Shown here: positions 17,973 to 27,438 of the stretch, one piece after another
Position numbering within the stretch: position 1 is the first letter of the stretch
How the letters are laid out: each line of letters opens with the position of its first letter
NCBI GenBank assembly: GCA_050618075.1
Contig: JBNLVL010000010.1
Location: 1,642 to 65,641, forward strand
Length of the DNA: 64,000 bases
DNA from: Myxococcota bacterium
GTDB taxonomy: Bacteria > Myxococcota_A > UBA9160 > UBA4427
Direction of reading: 5' to 3'
Notes under the pieces: model-generated
Database searches by the model: none
Told to the model about the DNA's origin: nothing
What the model saw: only the letters and a program-made list of their open reading frames with translations
Made by a program: the position numbers and the translations under genes

Positions 17973-19631
17973 CTAGTTCGGCCAGTAGACGTACTCGTCG
18001 CCCGGCTCGAAGGGTTGGCTCAGGTCCTTGTCCACGGCGATGGGCGCCTCGATGAGCGACGGCCAGGCCGACGGGACCTGCTCGGCGTCGTGGGCCGCCA
18101 GCATGGCCCGCATGGCCGCCACCCGCTCCGGGTGTCGGGCCGCCCGATCGATCTGCTCGGTGGGGTCCGACTCCAGGTGGAACAGCCAGGCCTTGTCCGG
18201 GCGCTCGGCGACCTGCAGCTTCCAGCCGTCGGCCAGCACGACCCGATAGTGCCCCTGCCGCCAGAAGAGCCGCTCGTGGGGCGCCCCGCGCGCCTCGCCC
18301 CGGGCGTGGGGCACCAGATCGACGCCGTCGATCACGCGGTCGTCGGGCAGGGGCGCGCCGGCCGCGGCCGCCGCCGTGGCGAAGAGATCGAAGTGGTGCA
18401 CCGGATCGGCCACCGTGCTGCCCGCCGGGATGCGGGCGGGCCAGCGGGCGAAGTACGGCACGTGGATGCCGCCCTCGAAGAAGCTGATCTTCCAGCCCCG
18501 GAACGGGCGATTGACCTCCGGCAGTCCGATGTAGTGGGCTCCCCCGTTGTCGGAGGTGAAGAGGACCAGGGTGTTCTCTTCGAGGCCGTTGTCCCGCAGC
18601 GCGTCCAGCACGCGACCGACGCCCCGGTCGAGGGCGCGGATCATCGCGGCGTAGACCCGCAGGCGGTGGTCTTCGATGTGGTCCAGGGCCGCGTAGTCGG
18701 CGGCGGACGCCTGGAGTGGCGTGTGCGGCGCCCAATGGGCCAGGTACAGGAAGAAGGGCCGGTGGCGATTGGCCTCGATCACCTTCACGGCCTGATCGGT
18801 GTAGTAGTCGGTCAGGTAGCCCCGGGGCCGGAAGGCCGGCCCGCCGTTGAAGCTGGCGGCGTACTGCATGCCCGCCCAGAGAAAGCGATCGATGGGATCG
18901 AAGTCCTGCTTCGAGTTCACGACCTCCGGGTCGTCCTCGGGCAGGTACAGCCCGCTGGCCATCAGCAGGCTCTCGGCGAACCCCTGCTCGTGGGGGGCCA
19001 TGCCGCCCACCCGTCCCAGGTGCCACTTGCCGATGTGCGCGGTGTGGTAGCCCGCCGAGGCGAGGAGCTCCGCCAGGCTGATCTCGCTGGCCGGCATGCC
19101 CATGGCCTCGTAGGCAACGGCCTCGTCGCCGCGCGCATCCAGGTAGTCGATGACGGGGAGCGGCCGGTCCGCCCGGGCCGAGAGCCGGACCATCAGCGGA
19201 ATCATGGCCGGCGGCGTGGGCGTGAACTCGAAGCCGAAGCGCGTGCCGTAACGGCCCGACAGGATGGCCGCGCGGGAGGGCGCGCAGGTCCCGTTGGCCG
19301 CGTAGCCGTTGGTGAAGGTCACGCCCTCGGCCGCGATCGAATCGATGTTCGGTGTGGGGACACTCCCCCTCGCCACGCCGCCTCCGGCGAACGTGAGGTC
19401 GTTCCAGCCGAGATCGTCCGCGAGGATCAGCACGACGTTCGGGGGCCGCTCGCCGGGCGCGGAGAGGGGGCTCTCGGGACCGCGGGTCCATTCGACCTCG
19501 ACGTGGGGACCCACCGGCGTGCGCGCGCGCACCGCGGCGCCGACGGCGGCCAGCACCAGCTCGTCCCGGTAGAGCCAGGCCGCGCCGAGCGCCACCAGCA
19601 CCAGCGCGCCGATCCGGAGCAGCCACTTCAT
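17973..19631 (-). CDS. formylglycine-dependent sulfatase (arylsulfatase family)
   Basis: VVLILADDLGWND, plus the sulfatase signature CAPSRAAILSGR (CxPxR). Internal ATG at 19631 gives MKWLLRIGALVLVALGAAW as signal or anchor. Confidence 0.9.
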   Translation of the reverse strand: MKWLLRIGALVLVALGAAWLYRDELVLAAVGAAVRARTPVGPHVEVEWTRGPESPLSAPGERPPNVVLILADDLGWNDLTFAGGGVARGSVPTPNIDSIAAEGVTFTNGYAANGTCAPSRAAILSGRYGTRFGFEFTPTPPAMIPLMVRLSARADRPLPVIDYLDARGDEAVAYEAMGMPASEISLAELLASAGYHTAHIGKWHLGRVGGMAPHEQGFAESLLMASGLYLPEDDPEVVNSKQDFDPIDRFLWAGMQYAASFNGGPAFRPRGYLTDYYTDQAVKVIEANRHRPFFLYLAHWAPHTPLQASAADYAALDHIEDHRLRVYAAMIRALDRGVGRVLDALRDNGLEENTLVLFTSDNGGAHYIGLPEVNRPFRGWKISFFEGGIHVPYFARWPARIPAGSTVADPVHHFDLFATAAAAAGAPLPDDRVIDGVDLVPHARGEARGAPHERLFWRQGHYRVVLADGWKLQVAERPDKAWLFHLESDPTEQIDRAARHPERVAAMRAMLAAHDAEQVPSAWPSLIEAPIAVDKDLSQPFEPGDEYVYWPN

Positions 19632-19701
19632 ATCCACTTCATCCCAGGAACCTCGGGCCGAACACCCCCTTGACGCTAGCCTAGGCCGAGGAGGAAGCCC
19701 C

Positions 19702-20358
19702 ATGCTCTCACCCTCTCGGACCTGGATCGCCGTCGGCCTGCTCTATACGGCGTTCTTCCTCTGGTACACCTCGTTCGGGGCTCCGCTGTCGGAGGCCGAG
19801 ATCGAGGAGTACGTCGAGCTGCTCCACGAGACCGGCACCCCGCCCGAGCGCATCGCCGTGTTCCGCGAGTTCATGGAGGGCGACACCGGCGACGACTTCG
19901 CGATGCTCAACGCCATCGAGATGCGCGACGCGCCCCTGGAGGTCGAAGGCGTCGCCCCTGGCGCCAGCAGCCAGGAAGTGCTGGCGCGCTACACCGGTCC
20001 CTTCCTGGCCGAGGCGCTCCGGTCCGCCGCCCATCCCGTGATGTTCGGACGCGCCGCCGCCGGGGCGCTGGACATCTGGGGCGTCGATGGGGCCGAGCGC
20101 TGGTCGAACGGCGGCCTGGTCCGCTACCGCAGCCGGCGCGACCTGATGGAGCAGGTGCGGTTCATGGCCGATCGCGGCGACCGCATCCACCGCTTCAAGG
20201 TGGCCGCCATGGCGAAGACCGTGGCCTTTCCCGTGGACCCCTGGTTCCACCTCGGAGACCCGCGCCTGGTGCTCGGCCTGCTGCTGGCCGCGCTGGGGCT
20301 GGCCGCGCACCTCTGCTTCGCCCTCGCCCGGCTCAGGCGCGCCCGCGCGCCCGCCTGA
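19702..20358 (+). CDS. hypothetical membrane-anchored protein
   Basis: GGAGGA SD before the ATG. N- and C-terminal hydrophobic helices. Normal composition. No family recognised. Confidence 0.65.
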   Translation: MLSPSRTWIAVGLLYTAFFLWYTSFGAPLSEAEIEEYVELLHETGTPPERIAVFREFMEGDTGDDFAMLNAIEMRDAPLEVEGVAPGASSQEVLARYTGPFLAEALRSAAHPVMFGRAAAGALDIWGVDGAERWSNGGLVRYRSRRDLMEQVRFMADRGDRIHRFKVAAMAKTVAFPVDPWFHLGDPRLVLGLLLAALGLAAHLCFALARLRRARAPA

Positions 20359-20366
20359 GCCGGCGC

Positions 20367-21578
20367 TCACGCGTCGGCGAAGTTGTCGGGCCGCTCCACG
20401 CACAGGATGCCGCCGGGCGCCTCGATCAGCGTGGCGCACCGGTTGCAGTGGCTGCAGCCGTTCACGTAGTGGGGATCTCCGGCCGCCCGCTTCGGGAGGT
20501 CGGGATCGTAGATCAGCCCCCGTCCGAGCTGGATGAAGTCGAAGCCCGCTCCCATGACGGTGCGAATGCTGTCGCTCGTGCAGACCCCGCCGATGTAGCA
20601 GACGCCACACTGCACCCGCTCGCGGATGCGGCTGGCCTGCTCGAGGAAGTAGGTCTCCCGGTAGGGGTAGCTCCGGAACATCCGCTCGCCGGCCATCTTC
20701 ATGCCCATGCGCATGAGCGGGCTCTTCTCCTGCTCGAGGAGCCCCGGGAGCATGCTGTCGCCGTGGAACAGCAGCATCGGGTTCATGCTGCTGCTCCCGC
20801 CGCTGCAGATGATGACGTCGAGACCGCCGGACTCGAGCATCCCCGAGATCTCCACCGCGTCGTCCACGGACGTCCCGCCGCGCACGCCGTCGGTCATGCT
20901 GATCTTTCCCAGCAGCGGGAAGTCGTCGCCCACGGCCCGGCGCACCGCCTCGAGCACCTCGAGGCCGAAGCGCATGCGGTTCACCAGGGGCCCGCCGTAG
21001 TCGTCCTTGCGGCGGTTGGTGAGCGGGCTGATGAACTGGCTGATCCCGTAGCCGTGGCCGAAGTGGATCTCGATGGCGTCGAACCCCACGTCCACCATGA
21101 AGGCCGCCGCCCGGGCGAAGGTGGCCACCCGCTCCCGGATCTGGGGCACCGTGAGGGCTCCGGCGAAGGGCAGCCCGTAGGTGAGGCCCAGGGGATTGAG
21201 GCCGCGCGAGGGGCCGAGGGGACGACGCCCCTGGAAGTCGCGGTTCTTGGAGAAGTTGCCGCAGTGGCCGAGCTGCCCGGAGACCCGGGCGCCGGTGGCG
21301 TGGACCCGCCGGATCAGCTCGCCGAGCTCGCCGCGGATGCCCTCGTGCATGAACATCATGTTCTCGTGGATGCGGCCGTCGCCCTCGGCGGCGCAGTACG
21401 CGAGCGTCGTCATGCCGATGCCGCCCTCGCCGATGCGCTCGTGCAGCCGCATGAGCTCGGCGCTCGGCACCCCCCCCTCGCACTTGCCCTCGAAGGTCGC
21501 CGCCTTGATCAGCCGGTTGCGAAGGGTGAGGCCGCGGATGCGCGCCTCCGAGAAGCACTTCTGCAGCGGGTCGGTCAC
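20367..21578 (-). CDS. NADH:flavin oxidoreductase, Old Yellow Enzyme family
   Basis: GTG start. OYE-type block HFGHGYGISQFISPLTNRRKDDYGG. TIM-barrel flavoenzyme pattern. Confidence 0.9.
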   Translation of the reverse strand: MTDPLQKCFSEARIRGLTLRNRLIKAATFEGKCEGGVPSAELMRLHERIGEGGIGMTTLAYCAAEGDGRIHENMMFMHEGIRGELGELIRRVHATGARVSGQLGHCGNFSKNRDFQGRRPLGPSRGLNPLGLTYGLPFAGALTVPQIRERVATFARAAAFMVDVGFDAIEIHFGHGYGISQFISPLTNRRKDDYGGPLVNRMRFGLEVLEAVRRAVGDDFPLLGKISMTDGVRGGTSVDDAVEISGMLESGGLDVIICSGGSSSMNPMLLFHGDSMLPGLLEQEKSPLMRMGMKMAGERMFRSYPYRETYFLEQASRIRERVQCGVCYIGGVCTSDSIRTVMGAGFDFIQLGRGLIYDPDLPKRAAGDPHYVNGCSHCNRCATLIEAPGGILCVERPDNFADA

Positions 21579-21733
21579 GGTCCTGTCTCCTGGTCTGCGT
21601 CGGGAAGTCGGTCCAGTCCCACGGCCAGGGCGTGCGACCCGTCCATGGAGAGGCCGACGATCGCGGCTCCGGCCGCCGCGGCACTCCTCGGAAGTCGGCG
21701 ATGCATGGGGTCCAGTCTAGCGCGGGCACCGCG

Positions 21734-22369
21734 TCAGCCGGCGCGAACGGCGTCCTGCATGAAGCGCACGACGGCATCGATGATCCCGGGCGTCAGCGGG
21801 AACGACGGATCCCGCATATAGGCCCGCCGCGAGTACTCGGACTGGAGATGACAGATGAGATCGGCGACGGACTCGACGTCGAGGTCCGCCCGCAGCTCCC
21901 CCGAATCGACGCCCCGGCGCAGGATGGCGCCCACCAGGTCGCGATGGGGCTGGATCCGGTCCGCGGCGGCCGGGCCGATCCGGGTGAGCCGCAGCGCCGG
22001 GTCCCCGGACATCAGCGCCGGGAGCAGCGGATGGGTCTGACAGAACTCCACCGAGCGGCGGAACATGCCCTCGAGGGCGACGAGCGCCGGCTCGTCTTCG
22101 TCCTCGGGCACCATCGCCCGGACCCAGTCCCGGATGATGTCGCGCAGCACCACCTGGAACAGCTCGTCCTTGTTGCGGAAGAACTGGTAGAGGAGGCCGT
22201 GGGAGACCCCGGCCTCCTCGGCGATGCGCGCCACGGTCGCGCCCGCGTAGCCCTGCTCGCCGAAGCAGCGACGGGCCGCGTCGAGGATGCAGAGCCTCCG
22301 GCGCTCGCTCTCCTCCCGGCGGCGCCCCCGGAGAGCCCCGTGCTCGCTGCGCGCGGTCTGGCCGCCCAC
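21734..22369 (-). CDS. TetR/AcrR-family transcriptional regulator
   Basis: N-terminal HTH GYAGATVARIAEEAGVSHGLLYQFFRNKDELF. Confidence 0.9.
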   Translation of the reverse strand: MGGQTARSEHGALRGRRREESERRRLCILDAARRCFGEQGYAGATVARIAEEAGVSHGLLYQFFRNKDELFQVVLRDIIRDWVRAMVPEDEDEPALVALEGMFRRSVEFCQTHPLLPALMSGDPALRLTRIGPAAADRIQPHRDLVGAILRRGVDSGELRADLDVESVADLICHLQSEYSRRAYMRDPSFPLTPGIIDAVVRFMQDAVRAG

Positions 22370-22402
22370 GTCCGTCCCCGATCCGTCCCGACCCGCGGCG
22401 GG

Positions 22403-23611
22403 TCAGGCGTTCCGGCGGCGGAAGGCCATGGTCATGGTCTTCTCCGGGAACTCGTCGTCGGCGAGGGGCACCGCCACCTGGTCCGGCGTGGGACCGATCT
22501 TGTCCACGATCGGCGCCAGCTTCTCGAGGTCGAAGCCGTAGAGCTCGGCCGCGTTGCCGCCGAGCATCTTGCGCGTGTCCTCGGGATCGATGTCGTTGAA
22601 CGAGTGCCGGATGGCCTTGCGCGTGTGGGGATAGGTGCCCTCGTAGTGGGGATAGTCGGTGCCCCAGCAGATGCGATCCACGCCGACCACGTCGCGGTCG
22701 CGCAGCTCGAGCGGCGAGGCCGAGCTCGCGCCGTACCAGCAGTTGCGCTTCGCGTAGAAGCTGGGCGGCTCGGGGGTGGCGACCTCCTTGTTGAACTCGA
22801 ACTCGCCGGCGAAGCCCTGGCGCACCATCTGCCAGACCCGGTCCAGATGGGCCAGGCGCTCGGGCACCCAGGAGCAGCCCGCCTCGGTGATGATGTACTT
22901 GAGCTTCGGAAAGCGGTGGAAGACACCCGACAGCAGCAGCTGACCGTAGCTCCGGGTCGAGAAGAACGGGGTCTCGAGCAGGCGGATCGGCAGCGAGTGC
23001 GGGTACCGCCCGTAGTCCGGGTTGCCGGTCCCGCCGTGGTGATTGATCACCACGTCGAGGTCCTGGCAGACGGACCACAGCCGGTCGTACTCCGGCGCGT
23101 AGAGCGGCAGGATGTGGGTGCAGTCGTCGGGCACGTGGGGCAGCAGGACGCCGCCCTTGAGACCGTGCTCCGCGATCCACTTCACGTCCTCGATCGCCGC
23201 GTCGAGGTCGTTCAGGTAGACGAGCCCGATGCCCGCCCGGCGCTCCGGGTGCTCGTTCTGGAAGTCGACCAGCCAGCGGTTGTGGGCGCGGATGCCCTCG
23301 AGGCGGAGCGGGAAGTCCTCGACCGAGGGGTTGCCGCAGATGAGGACGCTGGAGCGGAAGAACGGCGGCACCGTGTTCGGGAAGATGATCTCGCCGGCCA
23401 CGCCCTCCTCGTCCATGTCGGCCAGCCGCTCGGCGTCGTCCCAGTTCTTGTGCTTCTTGGAGCCGATGTGCTTGCGCTGGGGATTCTTGTAGCCGCCCCG
23501 CCACTCGTCGAAGAGCTTCTGGTGCTTCGCGTCCAGGTAGTCGCGATACGTGGAGATGCTGGCGCCGGCATGGGCGTCCGCGGTGATCACCGCGTAGGGA
23601 GCGTCGCTCAT
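22403..23611 (-). CDS. metal-dependent amidohydrolase (amidohydrolase_2/ACMSD-like)
   Basis: Internal ATG at 23611 with an AGGAG SD. Motifs ITADAHAG, VINHHGG and WGTDYPHYEG. Confidence 0.85.
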   Translation of the reverse strand: MSDAPYAVITADAHAGASISTYRDYLDAKHQKLFDEWRGGYKNPQRKHIGSKKHKNWDDAERLADMDEEGVAGEIIFPNTVPPFFRSSVLICGNPSVEDFPLRLEGIRAHNRWLVDFQNEHPERRAGIGLVYLNDLDAAIEDVKWIAEHGLKGGVLLPHVPDDCTHILPLYAPEYDRLWSVCQDLDVVINHHGGTGNPDYGRYPHSLPIRLLETPFFSTRSYGQLLLSGVFHRFPKLKYIITEAGCSWVPERLAHLDRVWQMVRQGFAGEFEFNKEVATPEPPSFYAKRNCWYGASSASPLELRDRDVVGVDRICWGTDYPHYEGTYPHTRKAIRHSFNDIDPEDTRKMLGGNAAELYGFDLEKLAPIVDKIGPTPDQVAVPLADDEFPEKTMTMAFRRRNA

Positions 23612-23675
23612 GGTCGTGGGGGCTCCTGGTGGTCCCGGGGTGGCCGCCGTGGGGTCGGGTCCCCGGGATCTTGGA

Positions 23676-23725
23676 TGAATATTCACGATATCATAGTCAA
23701 TGAATATCAGAGGTCAAATATTCAT
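23676..23725 (-). promoter_or_regulatory. AT-rich promoter/operator upstream of the amidohydrolase-TetR-OYE operon
   Basis: On the minus strand there is TTGACC (23717-23712), a 16-nt spacer, then TATGAT (23695-23690). A perfect palindrome TGAATATTCA (23676-23685) lies at the predicted transcription start. Related half-sites are TGAATATCA (23701-23709) and AATATTCAT (23717-23725). Confidence 0.5.
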
Positions 23726-23784
23726 ATCCGGGCCGACCGGCCACGGCCCCCGGACCGGGGGAGGCCCCGCAGGCGCCCCCCGGC

Positions 23785-24654
23785 TCAGCCCGGGTTCCGG
23801 GCCTCCACGATCCAGGAGCCGAACGGCAGCACCACCGCCCCGTCGCGATAGTGGGGCGCGAGCACCTCGTGCATCGAGCGGGTCACCGCCGCCTGCACGT
23901 CCTCGGAGCTCTCCCGCAGGGCGGCCCCGGCCGGACCCATCTGCTTCAGGAAGTCGATGATCTCGTCGAGGGCCAGCCCGCGTCCCACGGACAGGTCGCC
24001 GGCAAACGCGTTCACCGCGACCTCTCCGAACCCGGCGGCGTCGAGGATCGATCGCACCCGCAAGGCGTCCGCGAACGCGAAGGGGCCCGGCGCCTCGGGT
24101 CCGGCCGGCGCCGGCAGCTCCACGTGCTGGGCGGCCGCCTGGACGGGCAGCAGCATCCAGGGGTTCTCGGCGACGCTCTGCCAGCAGATGAAGGTCAGCC
24201 GGCCTCCCGGCGCGAGCGCGCGCCGCAGGTTGGCGAAGGCCGCGGGCGGATCCTCGAAGAACATGACGCCGAAGCGCGAGAACAGGCCGTCGAAGGAGGC
24301 GTCGTCGAAGGCGTGGGTCTGGGCGTCGGACTGGGCGAACTCGAGCGTCGCGGCCCCCGCCCTCTCCGCCCGCGCGCGAGCGTCATCCAGCATCGGCCCG
24401 GAGATGTCGAGGCCCAGGACGCGCCCCTCGCTCCCGACCCGACGCGCGATCTCCAGGCTGGTCTGGCCGCAGCCGCAGCCGACGTCCAGCACCCGTTCGC
24501 CCTGGGCGAACCCCGCGCGGTCCATCGCCTCCAGCCCCAGCGGCTCGATCTGATCGTTGATGCGGTCCGCGAGGGCCACCCACTTGGGCCCCGAGATCTC
24601 GTTCCAGTACGCGATCTGCTCGGCGTTCGCTCGCTTCGACTCACTCATTCCCAC
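23785..24654 (-). CDS. class I SAM-dependent methyltransferase
   Basis: Motif I VLDVGCGCG. GTG at 24654 lies 6 nt after GGAGGAAGG. An alternative ATG is at 24648. Confidence 0.85.
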   Translation of the reverse strand: MGMSESKRANAEQIAYWNEISGPKWVALADRINDQIEPLGLEAMDRAGFAQGERVLDVGCGCGQTSLEIARRVGSEGRVLGLDISGPMLDDARARAERAGAATLEFAQSDAQTHAFDDASFDGLFSRFGVMFFEDPPAAFANLRRALAPGGRLTFICWQSVAENPWMLLPVQAAAQHVELPAPAGPEAPGPFAFADALRVRSILDAAGFGEVAVNAFAGDLSVGRGLALDEIIDFLKQMGPAGAALRESSEDVQAAVTRSMHEVLAPHYRDGAVVLPFGSWIVEARNPG

Positions 24655-24681
24655 GTCCTTCCTCCCGGCTGTCTGCGCGGC

Positions 24682-26598
24682 TCAGCGCAGCTCCACCTCT
24701 CCCATCACGTTCACTTCGATGCCGATGTGCTCGAGCAGGATCCGCCGGACCTCCTGGGAGAGCCGCGCGTTCTGCTGGACCGAATGGCCCGAGCGGATCA
24801 CCTTCTCCGACTCGACCCCCTCGATGTGGGCGCTCTCGTAGCGAACGACTCCGTCGCTCGCGTCCGCGAGCGGACCGTCGCCCTTCGCCGCGATGATCGA
24901 GTGGGCCTTGATGCCCGGGGCGATCGGGATCTCGGCGAGGGTCTGGATGAAGCGACTGCCCGGGCTCATGTTGGCCACGGCGCCGTCCACCCGATCGAGC
25001 CGGCGCACCGCGGCGCTGACCTCGTCCTGGGTGACGAGGTCGGCCACCGCGCTGCCGAGGTTCGCCGGCGCGTGTGTGAGCCCGCCCACCCACTGCGAGA
25101 TGCCCCAGGCCGCCACGTAGCTCCCCCGGTGCGGCGTGGCCATGAAGACCACCCGTTCGACCTCGGGCACCGGCTTCACGAAGAGCGAGCCCTCGAGGAT
25201 CTCGCGGCTCTCCGGGGCCAGCTCCATGTCCTCGATGGGCACGTCGCTGATCGGGTCCCAGAAGCGGCTGCCCGAGTCGATCGCGGTGAGCTTGGCGAGG
25301 AGCCCACCCTGGCTGTGTCCCATCACGACCATGCGGTCGAGCGCGTCGTCCCGATCCGCGGGGTCGACCGCGTCGATGGCTTCACGGATGGACCGGCGCA
25401 GCAGCCAGCCCGAGTACGCGATCGGGTTGCCCGTGTTGTAGGTGAAGAGCCAGAACTGGAAGTTCCTGCGGATCCGGGGCTCGGCCAGCATGTCGTTGAG
25501 CAGCTCGGCCCAGCGCGCGGGCCCCGAGGCCGTGCCGTGCACCAGGACGACCGGGATCTTGCCCTTGCGGAAGGGCTGCAGCCCCGCGATCCCGTCGTTC
25601 TCCCCCACGCTCAGGTCGCCTTCGAAGAAGCCCTTCAGCTCCCGGGCCCAGGGCGACGACTCGGCGAGCATGTAGGCGAGGGTCGCCGTGGGCTCCATCG
25701 CCAGGGGAACGGTGATGCCCTCGATCTCGATGGTCTCGACGTCGAGGCCCACACGGAAGGTGAGCGTGGCCCGCATCGAGTTCGTCAGCAGGGTCTCCCA
25801 GTAGTCCTCGAACACGAGCACGGCCGCGACGGAGACCCTCAGGTTCTCGACCAGCCGGTCCTCGGGCGGCGGCCCGTCGGGGTCGGGGACGACACTGGCC
25901 GCCACCGCTGCGCCCAGCCCCTTCCAGCGATAGCGGTTGCGCATGCCCCGCACCTCGAGCTCGCTGGCCAGGGTGAAGCGGTCGAGGATCCGCCCCTCCC
26001 AGTGCCGCGAGGCCTCGTCGACCTCGATCTCCAACGAGCCGAACGGCAGATCCCTCCGACCCGAGCGCGGCGACAGGCGCCGCTCGCTCGCGTCGCGGAA
26101 CGCCCGGGCGAGCCCCCGATTGTAGAGACCGATCGCGAGCTGGCCCCTGGGATCGACCGGATCGATGGCTGGCATGTCCTCGGCGCGGAACAGGTAGCCC
26201 CAGGCGTAGATCACGGACTGGAGGAAGTAGTCGGGATCCCCGTTCCTCTGCCCGATGTCGAAGGCGAGCTCGGCGGCCGCGACGAGGGCGTTCAGGCCCA
26301 GGGGATCGCGACTCAACACCCCTTCCACCACGGCGGTGTGGATGAGGGCCAGGGTCTGCTCGGGATCCTTCTGCCACGCTCCTTCGAGGCTCGCCCAGCG
26401 AAGCAGGTTGCGGGTGTCCTGACTGAGGACGCCGCTCACCAGGACGTTGGCCGTCAGCTCGCGCTCGACGACCCACGCCGGACGCTCCTTCACACCGACC
26501 GGCGTCTGGCAGGCCGGGCCCCAGGCCAGGGCCGTCGCGACGAGGATCGCGACCGGACGGATGCGACGCGCGGCAGCCAGCGGGAGCCGGCGACCCAT
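24682..26598 (-). CDS. alpha/beta-hydrolase (lipase/esterase-like) lipoprotein
   Basis: Internal ATG at 26598 with a GGAGG SD. Lipobox-like LAWGPAC. Nucleophile elbow GHSQGG, plus VVLVHGTASG. Confidence 0.8.
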   Translation of the reverse strand: MGRRLPLAAARRIRPVAILVATALAWGPACQTPVGVKERPAWVVERELTANVLVSGVLSQDTRNLLRWASLEGAWQKDPEQTLALIHTAVVEGVLSRDPLGLNALVAAAELAFDIGQRNGDPDYFLQSVIYAWGYLFRAEDMPAIDPVDPRGQLAIGLYNRGLARAFRDASERRLSPRSGRRDLPFGSLEIEVDEASRHWEGRILDRFTLASELEVRGMRNRYRWKGLGAAVAASVVPDPDGPPPEDRLVENLRVSVAAVLVFEDYWETLLTNSMRATLTFRVGLDVETIEIEGITVPLAMEPTATLAYMLAESSPWARELKGFFEGDLSVGENDGIAGLQPFRKGKIPVVLVHGTASGPARWAELLNDMLAEPRIRRNFQFWLFTYNTGNPIAYSGWLLRRSIREAIDAVDPADRDDALDRMVVMGHSQGGLLAKLTAIDSGSRFWDPISDVPIEDMELAPESREILEGSLFVKPVPEVERVVFMATPHRGSYVAAWGISQWVGGLTHAPANLGSAVADLVTQDEVSAAVRRLDRVDGAVANMSPGSRFIQTLAEIPIAPGIKAHSIIAAKGDGPLADASDGVVRYESAHIEGVESEKVIRSGHSVQQNARLSQEVRRILLEHIGIEVNVMGEVELR

Positions 26599-26703
26599 GG
26601 AACGACCTCCGGGACTCGATTCGGGCGGAAGTCTAGCCTCTATGCCCGCAGCCGGTCCCGCTGGACCTACAATGGCGCCCGCCCCCACCTCGGGAGAAGC
26701 TGC

Positions 26704-27438
26704 ATGGACCGCTGGCTGCGCGCGCTCACCGTCGCACTGGGATGTGCCTCGCTGCTCGGAACCCTCGGCGGATGCTTCGGCGAGGTGTCGGGACGACCCG
26801 ACTCCTTCGAGTCGGACATCGCGGCCTTCGAGGAGCGGGACCGGGTCGCCCCGCCGCCCCGGGACGCCATCGTCTTCGTGGGCAGCTCGAGCATCCGCGG
26901 CTGGGACGGCCTCGAGGAGGACATGGCCCCGCTTCCCGTCATCGAGCGGGGCTTCGGCGGATCCCACCTGGAGCACGTCATCGCGAACGCGCACCGGATC
27001 GTCACGCCCTACCAGCCGCGGATCGTCGTGGTCTACGCCGGGGACAACGACCTGGCCGCGGGGAGCGGCAAGTCGCCGGACGACGTCGTCCGGGACTACC
27101 GGACGCTCACCGAGACCCTCTTCGAGGCCCTGCCCGGGCTCGAGATCCACTTCCTGTCCATCAAGCCCTCCAGGCTGCGCTGGGACCGCTGGCCCGCCAT
27201 GCGCGAGGCCAATCGCCGGATCGCCCTGCTGAGCGCGAAGGACCCCCGGCTCCACTACGTCGACCTGGCGACGCCGCTGCTCGACGCGGACGGCGAGCCG
27301 CGCGACGACGTCTTCGTGTTCGACGGTCTGCACCTGAACGAGACGGGGTACGCAGCGTGGGCGGCCGTGCTGAAGCCGCTCCTGCTGGAGGCCTACGAGC
27401 GGGCCGCCCCGGCGGAGACGGAGGCGAACCTCAGGTGA
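26704..27438 (+). CDS. SGNH/GDSL-family hydrolase lipoprotein
   Basis: This is the tail of track ORF 23851..27438. Lipobox LGTLGGC. SGNH block I FVGSSSIRGW and block V FDGLHLN. Confidence 0.8.
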   Translation: MDRWLRALTVALGCASLLGTLGGCFGEVSGRPDSFESDIAAFEERDRVAPPPRDAIVFVGSSSIRGWDGLEEDMAPLPVIERGFGGSHLEHVIANAHRIVTPYQPRIVVVYAGDNDLAAGSGKSPDDVVRDYRTLTETLFEALPGLEIHFLSIKPSRLRWDRWPAMREANRRIALLSAKDPRLHYVDLATPLLDADGEPRDDVFVFDGLHLNETGYAAWAAVLKPLLLEAYERAAPAETEANLR

